Shown here piece by piece: positions 34,211-44,170 of a stretch of 64,000 nucleotides of DNA. This DNA is from a virus (lineage: Duplodnaviria; Heunggongvirae; Uroviricota; Caudoviricetes), in the IMG/VR virus record IMGVR_UViG_3300042564_003265; one strand, 5' to 3'. A program made the position numbers and the translations under genes. The notes beneath the pieces were generated by a model, which was not told where the DNA came from, did no database searches, and worked only from the letters and a program-made list of their open reading frames with translations. The first letter of the stretch is position 1; every line of letters starts with the position of its first letter.

Positions 34211-34867
34211 TTAATAAAATTTTCTCAAAACTTCAATCACATCCCAAGCGTCCTCAAGTGCGTCGTGAGTTACAACACCTTCAATACCTGCACGTTCTTT
34301 ACAAGTTGTTAAGTTTGGTAATGACTTATCGTTATTCCAATCAACCATTAAAATTGCCGGGTCCAATACTCTTTGACGAGTACGGATTAACTTTTGCCAC
34401 CAAGGTAGTTCTTGTAAGAATAATTTATCAAATGTTCCAAAGTTCTTACCTGCAACATTTAATGTGATTGGTTTAGATTTCCCGTCGATGATTGGTATTC
34501 CATTTACATCATTCAAAATTGACGGTGAATCCAAATGTGAGAATCCATTACACCAAAGAAATGTATAAAACTGTTTAATCACATCCTCTTCTCTATGGAA
34601 ACTATAATTAAGAATCGTGTCCATATTAAATCTAACATCATCAGTACCTTCTAAGTATTCCCCAATCATTGCAATTAAACCTTTGTTCATTGTAAGTGCT
34701 CGTGGTGAACCTGTGATTTCATTTTGAAGAATAACCGCATTGAACTTTGGACATTCTTCATACGGTAATTTCTTCTCAGTGTCTTCGATGATTGCACCGA
34801 TAGATAGTACTTTGTGTTTCTCGTGGTCAAGACCTGATGTCTCGATGTCTATTGATACATATATCAT
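34211..34867 (-). CDS. DEDDh 3'-5' exonuclease (DnaQ/oligoribonuclease-like)
   Basis: Exo I YVSIDIETSGL and Exo III VVTHDALEDAWDV motifs. Confidence 0.75.
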   Translation of the reverse strand: MIYVSIDIETSGLDHEKHKVLSIGAIIEDTEKKLPYEECPKFNAVILQNEITGSPRALTMNKGLIAMIGEYLEGTDDVRFNMDTILNYSFHREEDVIKQFYTFLWCNGFSHLDSPSILNDVNGIPIIDGKSKPITLNVAGKNFGTFDKLFLQELPWWQKLIRTRQRVLDPAILMVDWNNDKSLPNLTTCKERAGIEGVVTHDALEDAWDVIEVLRKFY

Positions 34868-35331
34868 AATCCTAATGATTTAAGTTGGTCAATTGTATGT
34901 TTTGTGTTGATGTGGTGAATACCGATACCACCAGCATCTCTCCATCCTTGAATGTTATCGATACGGTCATCTATCAATATCGATTTTGGTGCTGCAAAAT
35001 CTTTTTTATGTTTTGCACTTCTTAATATGAGATGAACACCGGGTAGTTCTTTGTAAACCCAATCAAGTTTAGCAACTCTTGACACCTCTTCTCTAGAAGG
35101 TGCCGATAATAATTCGGGTTTGTATTTTTCAATATACTTCCATAACCTCTTACCATCGTTCATCCATTCAAGGTTAATCCAAAAATCGTAACCCGCCGCA
35201 TTTATTGGGTCCCAAAAATGTTTATCATTTCTATGGGTACCATCCAATTGATGTCCGGTAAGTTCAAAATAGCCCTTGTCAAAATCGACAAGGACTCCGT
35301 CCATATCACAATATATTTTATATTCCGACAT
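34864..35331 (-). CDS. 5'(3')-deoxyribonucleotidase, HAD family NT5C type
   Basis: IYCDMDGVLVDFDKGY (DxDGVLxDF) and ILIDDRIDNIQGW, matching NT5C-family hallmarks. Confidence 0.7.
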   Translation of the reverse strand: MSEYKIYCDMDGVLVDFDKGYFELTGHQLDGTHRNDKHFWDPINAAGYDFWINLEWMNDGKRLWKYIEKYKPELLSAPSREEVSRVAKLDWVYKELPGVHLILRSAKHKKDFAAPKSILIDDRIDNIQGWRDAGGIGIHHINTKHTIDQLKSLGL

Positions 35332-35332
35332 A

Positions 35333-35515
35333 TTAATCTTTAGTATTATTTTTTATGAATTCAAATGTGTGGGTGACTGATGTTAAAAATATAAGGAAAA
35401 AAATCAATAATCCAAAATTGACATCGATATTTGGGTAAAAAATAATGAACAATCCAGGTAATGACATTACCAAGAGAGTGGAGAGGATTTTACTTGTATT
35501 TTTCATAATATTCAT
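35333..35515 (-). CDS. small membrane protein
   Basis: Hydrophobic 60-aa ORF. Confidence 0.35.
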   Translation of the reverse strand: MNIMKNTSKILSTLLVMSLPGLFIIFYPNIDVNFGLLIFFLIFLTSVTHTFEFIKNNTKD

Positions 35516-35551
35516 TTAAAATACAAATATAAAATATATTCTCGAATATCC

Positions 35552-35577
35552 AAAAAAAAACCTCACAAAGTGAGGTT
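35552..35577 (-). terminator. rho-independent terminator (minus strand)
   Basis: Minus-sense AACCUCAC uuug GUGAGGUU followed by U9, downstream of gene 35584-35826. Confidence 0.7.
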
Positions 35578-35583
35578 TAAATT

Positions 35584-35826
35584 TTACATAAATAATTGAT
35601 GTTTACTGTGTAGCTTTCTAACGTATTGACAATCAGGTAGATTATCCTTACCTTCGCACCATCTTAATGCAAAGTTAGTTAACATTCTAGCATCTTCTCT
35701 CGACATAGAAACCTCTCTTTGCTTTTCGTCGTTAAAGTTCTTCATCATTCTTTCGAAACTAATTTCCTCTTCCTCTTTAACTATTTTTTTAAGTTGTGAT
35801 TCTGTAATTACTATTTTCTTACTCAT
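35584..35826 (-). CDS. hypothetical protein
   Basis: ORF. Confidence 0.45.
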   Translation of the reverse strand: MSKKIVITESQLKKIVKEEEEISFERMMKNFNDEKQREVSMSREDARMLTNFALRWCEGKDNLPDCQYVRKLHSKHQLFM

Positions 35827-35855
35827 TTTATCTTACTTTTTAATTTTTTTGTTTA

Positions 35856-37178
35856 TTAATCCATTTTAGTAACATCACTTGGTTCGAACAATAATTTTTC
35901 AAGTACAGCATCTGGTTCAATTTCCAATATTTTATCAGTTAACTTTTGGAATAACTCAATGTATAAATTTTTGAATAGTTCTGTATTTTCAATGCAGTTC
36001 ATTGATTCTTTTGGGAATTCTCTTTCATCTCCCATTTCGTGTTCTACCCCCACTGTGATTGGGTTGAATAGGTTACCTCTTGTAGATGCATAAGTTGTGT
36101 TTACAGTTCTAACCGAATTAGTTGCACTGAAACGAGCAGTTAGAACATAAGAATTAGTGTCACCCTTTGTTACTACTTTACCCATCACAGTTAAATCGGA
36201 AATAACGTTGAATGCCTTTTCACCTTTTTGTACTGCTTGTTTATATAATTTATAAATTGGTGTTAATTCAAAATGAGGTTTGTCATATGCTCTTTGTTCT
36301 GGTGACCATTGACCTCCAGAATATACTTGTCCAGCATATTGTCTAACCATTTTACCTGGTTCAGGTCTTTTACCTTTAGGCTTCTCACCCATCTCAAGGG
36401 ATGCTCTGTAGTTAATAATTTTATCAATCGCATCTTGAATATCATCATCGTCACGTACTGTGTGATAATTGAAATAAATGTCAGGTCCACAGAATTTAGA
36501 TTCTTTATCTCTACGTGGAGACAAAACATTAATATTTGTGGTTGGTTCAGTAAATGTTGAACTTGCTTTTAATTCAGGAATACCACACTTATCCAAATGT
36601 GTAATAATACTTTTTTGACCGAAGAACTTATTGATAATAGGGTGCACCAATTTTCTCTTAGATTGTTCATCTTTTGCACTTAATTCAAGTCTTCCTCTAA
36701 CCATTTGTCTTTGATACTCATCTTCCTTATCCCAACCGGCTTGTTTTTGACGCTTTTGTAATTTCTCAATTCTTTTGTCAACTTTAGTTTCCATATCAAC
36801 AGGACCACCATAAGCAGTTCCGTATTTTTCAAGTCTTGGTGGGAATTTAAATGTGTTTACAGCATTACCGTTTCCGTCTATTTCAACATATCTCGTTTCT
36901 CTTTTACCATTCTCTAAGTTCATAAATTGTAACAATCTATGTTCAGTTGGTGATGTTCTCACCATATTACTTTTAATGGTACCAGGTTCTAATGGTTCGC
37001 CTGTGTTACTGTCAACAGCATTTACAGGTATACCACGGATACTATCAACATTTAAAGTTAATTGTTCAGGTAATTTAGAAGGTGCCCAAGCGGCATTAAG
37101 AGCCATTTCCGATAGTTCAAAGTTCTGAACTTCTTCGAAAATTAGTCTCGATATAAATTCTTTGGTTAAAAATTCCAT
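35856..37178 (-). CDS. hypothetical protein (440 aa)
   Basis: Large ORF with no recognised motifs. Confidence 0.5.
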   Translation of the reverse strand: MEFLTKEFISRLIFEEVQNFELSEMALNAAWAPSKLPEQLTLNVDSIRGIPVNAVDSNTGEPLEPGTIKSNMVRTSPTEHRLLQFMNLENGKRETRYVEIDGNGNAVNTFKFPPRLEKYGTAYGGPVDMETKVDKRIEKLQKRQKQAGWDKEDEYQRQMVRGRLELSAKDEQSKRKLVHPIINKFFGQKSIITHLDKCGIPELKASSTFTEPTTNINVLSPRRDKESKFCGPDIYFNYHTVRDDDDIQDAIDKIINYRASLEMGEKPKGKRPEPGKMVRQYAGQVYSGGQWSPEQRAYDKPHFELTPIYKLYKQAVQKGEKAFNVISDLTVMGKVVTKGDTNSYVLTARFSATNSVRTVNTTYASTRGNLFNPITVGVEHEMGDEREFPKESMNCIENTELFKNLYIELFQKLTDKILEIEPDAVLEKLLFEPSDVTKMD

Positions 37179-37413
37179 TATGTTTTGGTTTTATATTATA
37201 AATATACCAAAACGTACTTTAATTCTCGATAATAGTAAACCAATTGAGGATTTTTCTACTTTCTTTTCTTGAATAGGTCAGATAGTTTCTTACCGGGTTT
37301 AATGATTCTACCGGTTCTTTCATCCATCGTAGGTGCTCGATAGATTTCATACGCTGTCCAAAACCCAACCACAACCATAAAGATTCCAATGTAAGTTAAC
37401 ATAGTCTAAGGTT

Positions 37414-37704
37414 TTATTTTATTTTCCAAAATTGCCACCACTTCTTTTCTTTGGGTGGTAAACATTGTGAGAATGGATTGTCACCGAATGAAACCCTACC
37501 ATAATACTTTGAGGTCATCATATTTAAAAAGACTTCGTGGTATTTTTTAGGGATAGTAGCAAAATCGGCGGTAATTTTAACATCTAAAGTAATTTCTTCA
37601 GAGTCGTCTGTTAATTGAAGAGCACATCTCAATTCAACAGGGGTGGATGTGGTTACACCAACGTGGTCACCATTTCCTATGTGTCTTAAGTCGAAATTAT
37701 TCAT
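37414..37704 (-). CDS. hypothetical protein
   Basis: ORF. Confidence 0.45.
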   Translation of the reverse strand: MNNFDLRHIGNGDHVGVTTSTPVELRCALQLTDDSEEITLDVKITADFATIPKKYHEVFLNMMTSKYYGRVSFGDNPFSQCLPPKEKKWWQFWKIK

Positions 37705-37762
37705 ACACCAAATATAACAATATATTTGATAAATCCAAAATAATATTGAAAAAAATTAAGAT

Positions 37763-39343
37763 TTACGCCAAAGATGACGTTGAGGACATACTATTGGTGA
37801 TTTTCGCAATTTTAGGGGCTCCCTGAACAATTAAACTGTTGCCACTATTTTTTCTTCTATCAATAGCAACCTGTAATAATTCTTTAGGGTCTGTAACTCC
37901 CTGAGCAACTTTATCATTAATAGTTTTTGCAAATCTTTGGAACCAACCCGGTCCATTCCAAGTTGCATATGCGAAGTTAAATGTGAGTGGGGTATCATTC
38001 ATTACTATCTTTCTAGCCTCCTCACTCATATATCTACCTAAGTAATCTTGGAAATTAGGTTTCATAATTTCTGCAATCTTTTGTTTCAATTGAGGAGCGA
38101 TATTACCTCCCATATAATTCCAAGGCCAATTCTGTCTCGCGTTCTGAGCATCTATAATTGCCCAAAAGTCTCTACCAGCTTGAGTTGATTCGGTTTCACC
38201 TGTTTTTCTATCCATACCAAACATAGTCTCGCCAGAACCTCCATATCTTGAATCTTTAATTCTACCATCTTTTAACATATCAGGATGGTAATAACCACCC
38301 TCAAGGTTATCGACAATGATATCAATGATTTTTTCGAAATCAGTTGCGGCAACTCCTTCTAATGATGCTTCAGCACCGCCTTTAAGTCTAACTTTAGCTG
38401 CGTTAGTTAATTTTGAAATATCTTCTTTGGTGATGTTTTTAGCTTTAAGAAGTTCAATCATCTTAAGTAACATTTCCTTCGATGCTTTAACCATCGTTAG
38501 TGATGAACTACCACCACTAGAAGCAGAACCCGAACCTCCCGTTGCATTTGACAAACCTGTAGCATAATCGGCTAAGTTACCATATGAAAGTGCAACGTGA
38601 ACGTGTGACGGCATTCCAGGTAATGTCATAATCTTACCTATAACATCTCCTTCTTTAACATTATCACCTTGGTTTACCGTACCCTCAATGTGTGTATAAA
38701 AAACATCAGGACCACCATTACTTTGAACTTTTATTTGGTCTCCGTAGATTTTCTTAACCCCATCTTTCTTCATCGTACCATCACCCTTCTTAACTGCGGA
38801 AACGGTTCCACTTGTCAACGAACGAACGTCAGTACCAACAGGTGCGGCAACGTCCCAAGCGTTATTGTTTGCCCAACCAGGTGCACTGTGTGTACCCTGA
38901 CGCGGTCTACCAATAATACCTGAGCTAGAACCAACTAAACTAACCGCCTCATTAATAGTTTTACCACTATCTCCTGTAACATATTCGTTGGTGAATTTTT
39001 GAACCGCAGCTGCAGTTTCAGGACCAAATAGTCCATCGATACCGTAGTTTGGTAATTCGTATCCTAATAATTTTAATCCAATTTGCATTGATTCAACTTC
39101 ATTTTTAAATGACATTGAACCTTTTTCTTGTTGAGTTATCCCCTCGCCACTTGCGGCCTTTTCTAATGTTTCATAGAAATTCGATAAGTCGTCTTTAACA
39201 GTATCAGCCTTTTTAGGGTCTTCTCCCTCTTTAGCACCGTCTGATGAAGACGTTCCGAAAATCTTACCTAATAAGTTTTCAGATAATGTTCCGTAAGTTA
39301 AGGTGTGTATTCTACTAACCTCCTCAAGTAATGTTTTCTTCAT
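37763..39343 (-). CDS. multidomain peptidoglycan hydrolase: PG-binding domain + M23 (LytM) peptidase + C-terminal domain
   Basis: PG_binding_1-like LKLLGYELPNYGIDGLFGPETAAAVQKF. M23 core WDVAAPVGTDVRSLTSGTV ... YGDQIKVQS..GPDVFYTHI ... GDVIGKI ... SHVHVAL. Gly/Ser-rich linker. Confidence 0.6.
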   Translation of the reverse strand: MKKTLLEEVSRIHTLTYGTLSENLLGKIFGTSSSDGAKEGEDPKKADTVKDDLSNFYETLEKAASGEGITQQEKGSMSFKNEVESMQIGLKLLGYELPNYGIDGLFGPETAAAVQKFTNEYVTGDSGKTINEAVSLVGSSSGIIGRPRQGTHSAPGWANNNAWDVAAPVGTDVRSLTSGTVSAVKKGDGTMKKDGVKKIYGDQIKVQSNGGPDVFYTHIEGTVNQGDNVKEGDVIGKIMTLPGMPSHVHVALSYGNLADYATGLSNATGGSGSASSGGSSSLTMVKASKEMLLKMIELLKAKNITKEDISKLTNAAKVRLKGGAEASLEGVAATDFEKIIDIIVDNLEGGYYHPDMLKDGRIKDSRYGGSGETMFGMDRKTGETESTQAGRDFWAIIDAQNARQNWPWNYMGGNIAPQLKQKIAEIMKPNFQDYLGRYMSEEARKIVMNDTPLTFNFAYATWNGPGWFQRFAKTINDKVAQGVTDPKELLQVAIDRRKNSGNSLIVQGAPKIAKITNSMSSTSSLA

Positions 39344-39386
39344 AATAATATAAATATATGGACATCATTATTATGATTCATAAGGA

Positions 39387-39599
39387 TTAAAATTCCCCCT
39401 CATAATGTGATTTAGAGTTTCTCTCTTTTTGTTCAGATTTATCTTCTTTAATTGGGGGGATGTCGTCGTCCCAATTAAGAAAATCATCACCTTTATAATC
39501 AGGGTGATTCTTTTGCATATAGTCAATGCCATTTACCCATCTCCAAGATATTATCGCAACCACGACAAACATCAATCCAAAAACTGGTAAGTATTCCAT
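39387..39599 (-). CDS. small membrane protein
   Basis: N-terminal TM helix. Confidence 0.4.
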   Translation of the reverse strand: MEYLPVFGLMFVVVAIISWRWVNGIDYMQKNHPDYKGDDFLNWDDDIPPIKEDKSEQKERNSKSHYEGEF

Positions 39600-39600
39600 A

Positions 39601-40203
39601 CTATTTTTCGTTTAAATAATTTATAACCTTCTCTTTAATTCCTGTTTGTTTAATTCCTTCAGAACTTAATGGAGTCTCTACAAAGTTATCTAATCCCCAT
39701 TCGTGTTCATAAGGTATACTATAATCAAGTCCTGTTTTACCCATTCTCAAATCATCGATTGAAACCCAATGGGTAACTTCAGGATGGTCAACCAAGTATT
39801 GTTTAATTTCAATACTTCTAGTTTGTTCCAATTCCCAAGCACGAGACCAAATAAACCCGGCAGGATATGCTTCGATGTACCAAGTACACTGTCCTAAGTT
39901 TGGTGTGAAATCAATTGGTTTTTTAATGATACCCTGTTGTTCATAATATTCACCCATCTCCTCTACAGACGCCCATCTCTTCCAATCTGAACTAACAACA
40001 ATTTCAGCACCTGTTTCTTCTAAAATAGAATTTAATAGTTTAATCGCTTTCTTATCGAAATCATCAAAGCGACATTCCAATGGAACTTCACCATTCGTCA
40101 TTGACATCTTACGACCACCCCAACTCTTTTGTTTTTTGTGACGACCACCCCAATTGTTGGATAAACAGATTACACCATCGTGGTCAAGAAATATTACTTT
40201 CAT
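39601..40203 (-). CDS. HAD-superfamily phosphatase-like protein
   Basis: N-terminal MKVIFLDHDGVICL (DxDG motif I). Confidence 0.35.
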   Translation of the reverse strand: MKVIFLDHDGVICLSNNWGGRHKKQKSWGGRKMSMTNGEVPLECRFDDFDKKAIKLLNSILEETGAEIVVSSDWKRWASVEEMGEYYEQQGIIKKPIDFTPNLGQCTWYIEAYPAGFIWSRAWELEQTRSIEIKQYLVDHPEVTHWVSIDDLRMGKTGLDYSIPYEHEWGLDNFVETPLSSEGIKQTGIKEKVINYLNEK

Positions 40204-40513
40204 TTCTTTTTTTGATTATATTCCTAAATGTACTAAAAATTCCTAATAACATAAACATTTGTACTGGCCAAAATGGTAAGTTTTGTAGTTCGTGTAACAT
40301 CCAAAAGATGTTCATAAAGACCCAAGACAATAACGTTAAGTTAGATTTTCTATTCTCTTTTTCTGTTATAAAAATATAAAGTGTCAATACAGATGTGGGA
40401 ATGACCATAAATGTGGCCATCCACGTAAATTTAAGACACCAGAATATATCTTTAAACAGCCACGAAATTATATGAATTTCTTGTATATTCCAAATAATTT
40501 TAGGAATTTTCAT
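40184..40513 (-). CDS. membrane protein (3 TM)
   Basis: Hydrophobic ORF filling the gap between flanking genes. Confidence 0.35.
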   Translation of the reverse strand: MKIPKIIWNIQEIHIISWLFKDIFWCLKFTWMATFMVIPTSVLTLYIFITEKENRKSNLTLLSWVFMNIFWMLHELQNLPFWPVQMFMLLGIFSTFRNIIKKRNESNIS

Positions 40514-40925
40514 CGATATATTGCAATTGTGGAGACCAAGTACCTTCGGATATTATCGTCGGTTTACTGTTTCTATCAATCATCACCCACTCCACATTAA
40601 CAATACCCCAAGGTTCGAATTGTTCTAACACATCTGACAATGTGAAACATTTACAACTGTAGATATCAAATTGAGCCATTGCCGGTTGGTGGTGGTCCCA
40701 TATATGAATCGATGAATGAGATGTTGCAAGTGTTACTGTTCCTGTCAATCCTTCATTACCCGGATAATCCACGTAAACACTCGTTGGTCCACCAACTACT
40801 TCCATTTTAACTTTATGAACTAAATCAACAAACCACTTGTTGAGTGTGTCCACCTCTTTTGGTGGATTGGTAATCCAAATCTTCATTAGAAGATGTTGGT
40901 GATAAGGTACAAATTCTTCCTGCAT
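40500..40925 (-). CDS. pyruvoyl-dependent decarboxylase, S-adenosylmethionine decarboxylase (SpeH/SpeD class 1)-like
   Basis: GLTGTVTLATSHSSIHIWDHH ... FDIYSCK matches the G.sGvv.I.ESH(L/I)(S/T)IH(T/S)(W/F)PE ... D(V/I)(Y/F)(T/S)CG proenzyme cleavage and active-site region. Confidence 0.5.
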   Translation of the reverse strand: MQEEFVPYHQHLLMKIWITNPPKEVDTLNKWFVDLVHKVKMEVVGGPTSVYVDYPGNEGLTGTVTLATSHSSIHIWDHHQPAMAQFDIYSCKCFTLSDVLEQFEPWGIVNVEWVMIDRNSKPTIISEGTWSPQLQYIDENS

Positions 40926-40977
40926 TAATATGTTTTTACATTACATATATATTGCGGAAAATGGTATTTTTCTAATG

Positions 40978-41661
40978 TTACTTACTATATTTTTTAAAAT
41001 TTTTAATGAACCCATTTTCGTATTTCTCTATTTCTTTTGTGTCTAATCCATTATAAAGACCGGTTGATAAAAATGCGTGAGCTTCGTCATCTAATATCTT
41101 TCTATCGTTTACATAACCCATTTTAATAAGCTTCTTATCAATCTTATCCATAGTTTTTTTGGGTATTAAAGACAATTGATATTGTACCCTCATTCTATAT
41201 TCTCTATTTGTAAAATACAAAGCGTGAGCAATCTCGTGATTCATAGTTTTAACATCTTTACTACTTGCACCAATCAAATACCAATCACATCTAGTACCAT
41301 CATTTCTTTCCATTGCATCATTTGCACAATAGAAAACTATGTCATTCATAATTTCATCATATTCAGTTTCTTTATAAAAAGCGTCGTTTGACTTTTCTAA
41401 AACTGTTGATGGGATGTTATAACCTGACCAATCGATTGGGTATGTGAATGTATCCTTCTTCCAATGATTTTTATAATGTCTCATATACTCCATCCAAGTA
41501 AAATACTCTCCTCTAAACTTTTTTATTGGGGATTCGTAGAACTCTTGGTGTCGACAAAACAACATTGCTCTGTCATAATCATCATCAATAATTGCACAAT
41601 AGATTCTTGGTTGTATTTCTTTTACCTTACCCTTAACTAATGGGTGTTTAATTTTCAACAT
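40978..41661 (-). CDS. hypothetical protein with an HExxH motif (putative zinc metallopeptidase-like)
   Basis: MNHEIAHALYF. Confidence 0.25.
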   Translation of the reverse strand: MLKIKHPLVKGKVKEIQPRIYCAIIDDDYDRAMLFCRHQEFYESPIKKFRGEYFTWMEYMRHYKNHWKKDTFTYPIDWSGYNIPSTVLEKSNDAFYKETEYDEIMNDIVFYCANDAMERNDGTRCDWYLIGASSKDVKTMNHEIAHALYFTNREYRMRVQYQLSLIPKKTMDKIDKKLIKMGYVNDRKILDDEAHAFLSTGLYNGLDTKEIEKYENGFIKNFKKYSK

Positions 41662-42077
41662 ATAAGTAAATTTGTGATGTCGTTACCATCCTTATATATG
41701 TCAAGATACCCCACGACCTTGGGTATCTTTTCGTTATTCTCAAATTCAGTTGTTTTTGGCATCATACCAACCACCCATTCAGGTTCATTAATCTTCGATA
41801 GATTAAATGAAAAAATACCTTTAGGTGTTGAATTAATATAATATACGGACCCTTTCTGAATAAGGGAATCCCATTTTATTTTTTCTATCAATAAATCAGA
41901 ATAATCCGCTCGTCTACATTTTAGTTCGTAAATCTTTTTTCTTACAACACTAAACGCATCCGTCGGATTAAATTGGTCAGTCTTTTCCAAATCAGGAATC
42001 AACTTATCTTTAATAAGGTTGAAAAGTGATTCCTCATTAAGTCTAATAAGGAATCTTTTCTTTTCAAAGGGGGTCAT
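41655..42077 (-). CDS. hypothetical protein
   Basis: ORF. Confidence 0.45.
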   Translation of the reverse strand: MTPFEKKRFLIRLNEESLFNLIKDKLIPDLEKTDQFNPTDAFSVVRKKIYELKCRRADYSDLLIEKIKWDSLIQKGSVYYINSTPKGIFSFNLSKINEPEWVVGMMPKTTEFENNEKIPKVVGYLDIYKDGNDITNLLIC

Positions 42078-42358
42078 TATCTCAAGTATTTAAATTTCTC
42101 AGCAAGGCTGTTTATGAAATTTTCTTCCTCAAGAGATAGTAGGTCTCTACACTTTGCTAACTTATGGAGATTGTCCCAAAATCTTTGGTCATTAATGTTT
42201 GGTCGACGAACACCATTGTTACCATTTTTGGTGGCTTGGTCGGGTTCAATATCTCCATCCTCGATTAAGATTTCAATTAATCTAGCTTTTTCTCGTTGAC
42301 TACAAGAGTCTACAAACTCACTTGGGTCAATGTCTACTTCTGCTGTAAATTCAGGCAT
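42077..42358 (-). CDS. hypothetical acidic protein
   Basis: ORF. Confidence 0.45.
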   Translation of the reverse strand: MPEFTAEVDIDPSEFVDSCSQREKARLIEILIEDGDIEPDQATKNGNNGVRRPNINDQRFWDNLHKLAKCRDLLSLEEENFINSLAEKFKYLR

Positions 42359-42380
42359 AATATTCTATTTTAAAAATTAA

Positions 42381-42650
42381 TTATTCAGTGTTATGTGACA
42401 TCCATTCCTCAGCTTGTTTTGCCGCTTTAGGGTTAACTTCTTTTAGATGTTCCATCGTTATTTCATATCGACCAATGATGGTACCCTTAATGAAATCTTC
42501 ACTCTTAAGTGAATCTGCTTCGGCTTTAACTACCTTAACTTCAGTTCTTAATTTGGTCAATTCTTTTTGTTGTAAAAAACAAATCAGAAGAACTGATACC
42601 GCACCGGTACCTACAATTGCCTTCTGATATTTTGATATCCACTCTTTCAT
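42381..42650 (-). CDS. small membrane protein
   Basis: N-terminal TM helix. Confidence 0.4.
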   Translation of the reverse strand: MKEWISKYQKAIVGTGAVSVLLICFLQQKELTKLRTEVKVVKAEADSLKSEDFIKGTIIGRYEITMEHLKEVNPKAAKQAEEWMSHNTE

Positions 42651-42795
42651 AGTTTTGTTTTATAGTTCTTCAACAATACCTAACACCTCTGCCAACCCTA
42701 AAAGGATTGCGGTGTTACCGAATTGTTCATTAAATAAGAAGTAACAGGCTCCGATACGGACAACTGATTTAAACACACTTATATAAAAGTGTGAT

Positions 42796-43062
42796 TTACT
42801 TTTTGATTCTTTTGGTTGCATTTGTTTTTTTCTTAAAACTTTTTTTCAATGTATAAATTATCTCATCGATTTCATTAATGGCCATACCAAGTCCGAGTGA
42901 GACTTCTGTCGATAGTTGGAAATTTTCGTTATCTCCGAGTTTAAGATACCTCATCGATTCTTTACGAAACCCCAATGATTGTCTTTTGAGATTTTCTTTT
43001 TTTGCTCTTAACTCAGCATATACTTTGTTAAGTGTTCTTTGGTCGTAAGTAAGTGCTTTCAT
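42796..43062 (-). CDS. hypothetical basic protein
   Basis: ORF. Confidence 0.4.
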   Translation of the reverse strand: MKALTYDQRTLNKVYAELRAKKENLKRQSLGFRKESMRYLKLGDNENFQLSTEVSLGLGMAINEIDEIIYTLKKSFKKKTNATKRIKK

Positions 43063-43079
43063 AATAAAAATATAATAAA

Positions 43080-44066
43080 TTATTTTTTAGATTCCAAAAA
43101 ATTTACGGTCTTTTTTTTCAAATACTTCATAATGTATCCCGTAACATAGATTGACCACCCATTACCAATCATCTTAATTCTTGCGGTTTCTGATACACCT
43201 TTAACATTTGTGTAACCCGGTTCAAGACCCTGTAAAATTTCAGTTTGTTCAACTGTTAGTAATTTGGTTTTACCCTTTTTATCAAGATAGAATCCCGTAC
43301 CATACATCTTACCATCTTTTTTACCAACGGTACCTAAACTCGTAACCAAACAATTTGATTTCTTATCCGGTCTGATTGTTTGTGGGTAAGTATAGAAATC
43401 ATCCCCACCAACTTTCCTACCTCTAAAACCAGAACCTGTTACTGCACCTTTAATAACATCACCTAAAGTAATATTCATATCTTGTGGAACTTCGATTCGG
43501 TTAATGTTAGTCCAAAACAAACGAATACGACTCTGAGCACTTACAACTGCGGCATCGAAAAGAACTGGTTCGACACCAACTGCCTTACTAATAATATTCT
43601 CCCACTTCTTTGTCATTTTAACATTCTCTAAAAGAAACTTCGCTTCAGGTAAACCTGCCTTTCTTTGTAGTGAAGTTATCTCTTTGTAAAGTCTAACGAA
43701 CTCCCAAAAAAGATATGACTGACCCTCGAATTGAAATCCGTCTTTCTTTAATTGTAGATATTGTTTCAATGTGGTAATCTCGATATTAGTCTTTGTAACC
43801 ATACCTTTCTTCTTACCACAAAATGAAAATGATTGGCAAGGTGAACCGGCAGTAATCATATCAACATCAATAAAATCCTTAGCTTTTAGGTTTCTAACAT
43901 CACCAACAAATACTGCGTTGGGGTAATGTTTTCTCAACACTTTAAGTGCCGATTCATTAATCTCACTGATGTAACTTTTTTTAACTTTGATACCTGCGTG
44001 TTTTGCCGAAAGTTCAGCTCCACCATAACCTGCGAATAGGTCCAAGATAACGATACTTTTTTTCAT
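43080..44066 (-). CDS. DNA (cytosine-5)-methyltransferase
   Basis: Motif I DLFAGYGG, motif IV GSPCQSFS (catalytic PCQ), motif VI LLENV. Confidence 0.85.
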   Translation of the reverse strand: MKKSIVILDLFAGYGGAELSAKHAGIKVKKSYISEINESALKVLRKHYPNAVFVGDVRNLKAKDFIDVDMITAGSPCQSFSFCGKKKGMVTKTNIEITTLKQYLQLKKDGFQFEGQSYLFWEFVRLYKEITSLQRKAGLPEAKFLLENVKMTKKWENIISKAVGVEPVLFDAAVVSAQSRIRLFWTNINRIEVPQDMNITLGDVIKGAVTGSGFRGRKVGGDDFYTYPQTIRPDKKSNCLVTSLGTVGKKDGKMYGTGFYLDKKGKTKLLTVEQTEILQGLEPGYTNVKGVSETARIKMIGNGWSIYVTGYIMKYLKKKTVNFLESKK

Positions 44067-44170
44067 TGTGTTTGTGTTTAGTTAATAAGATTAAACAAAT
44101 CTAACAATAAAAAATTAAATTCAAAAAAATTTTGAAATCTTTTTTAATATATCATATAATAACCTGAAAA

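Noticed and set aside
33561-42627. Short ORFs antisense to or nested in larger genes (33561, 34258, 36263, 36309, 36853, 38316, 38669, 40080, 41176, 41644, 42114, 42388)
   Set aside because: Each lies inside a longer minus-strand gene that has recognisable motifs or fits the coupled-gene spacing.
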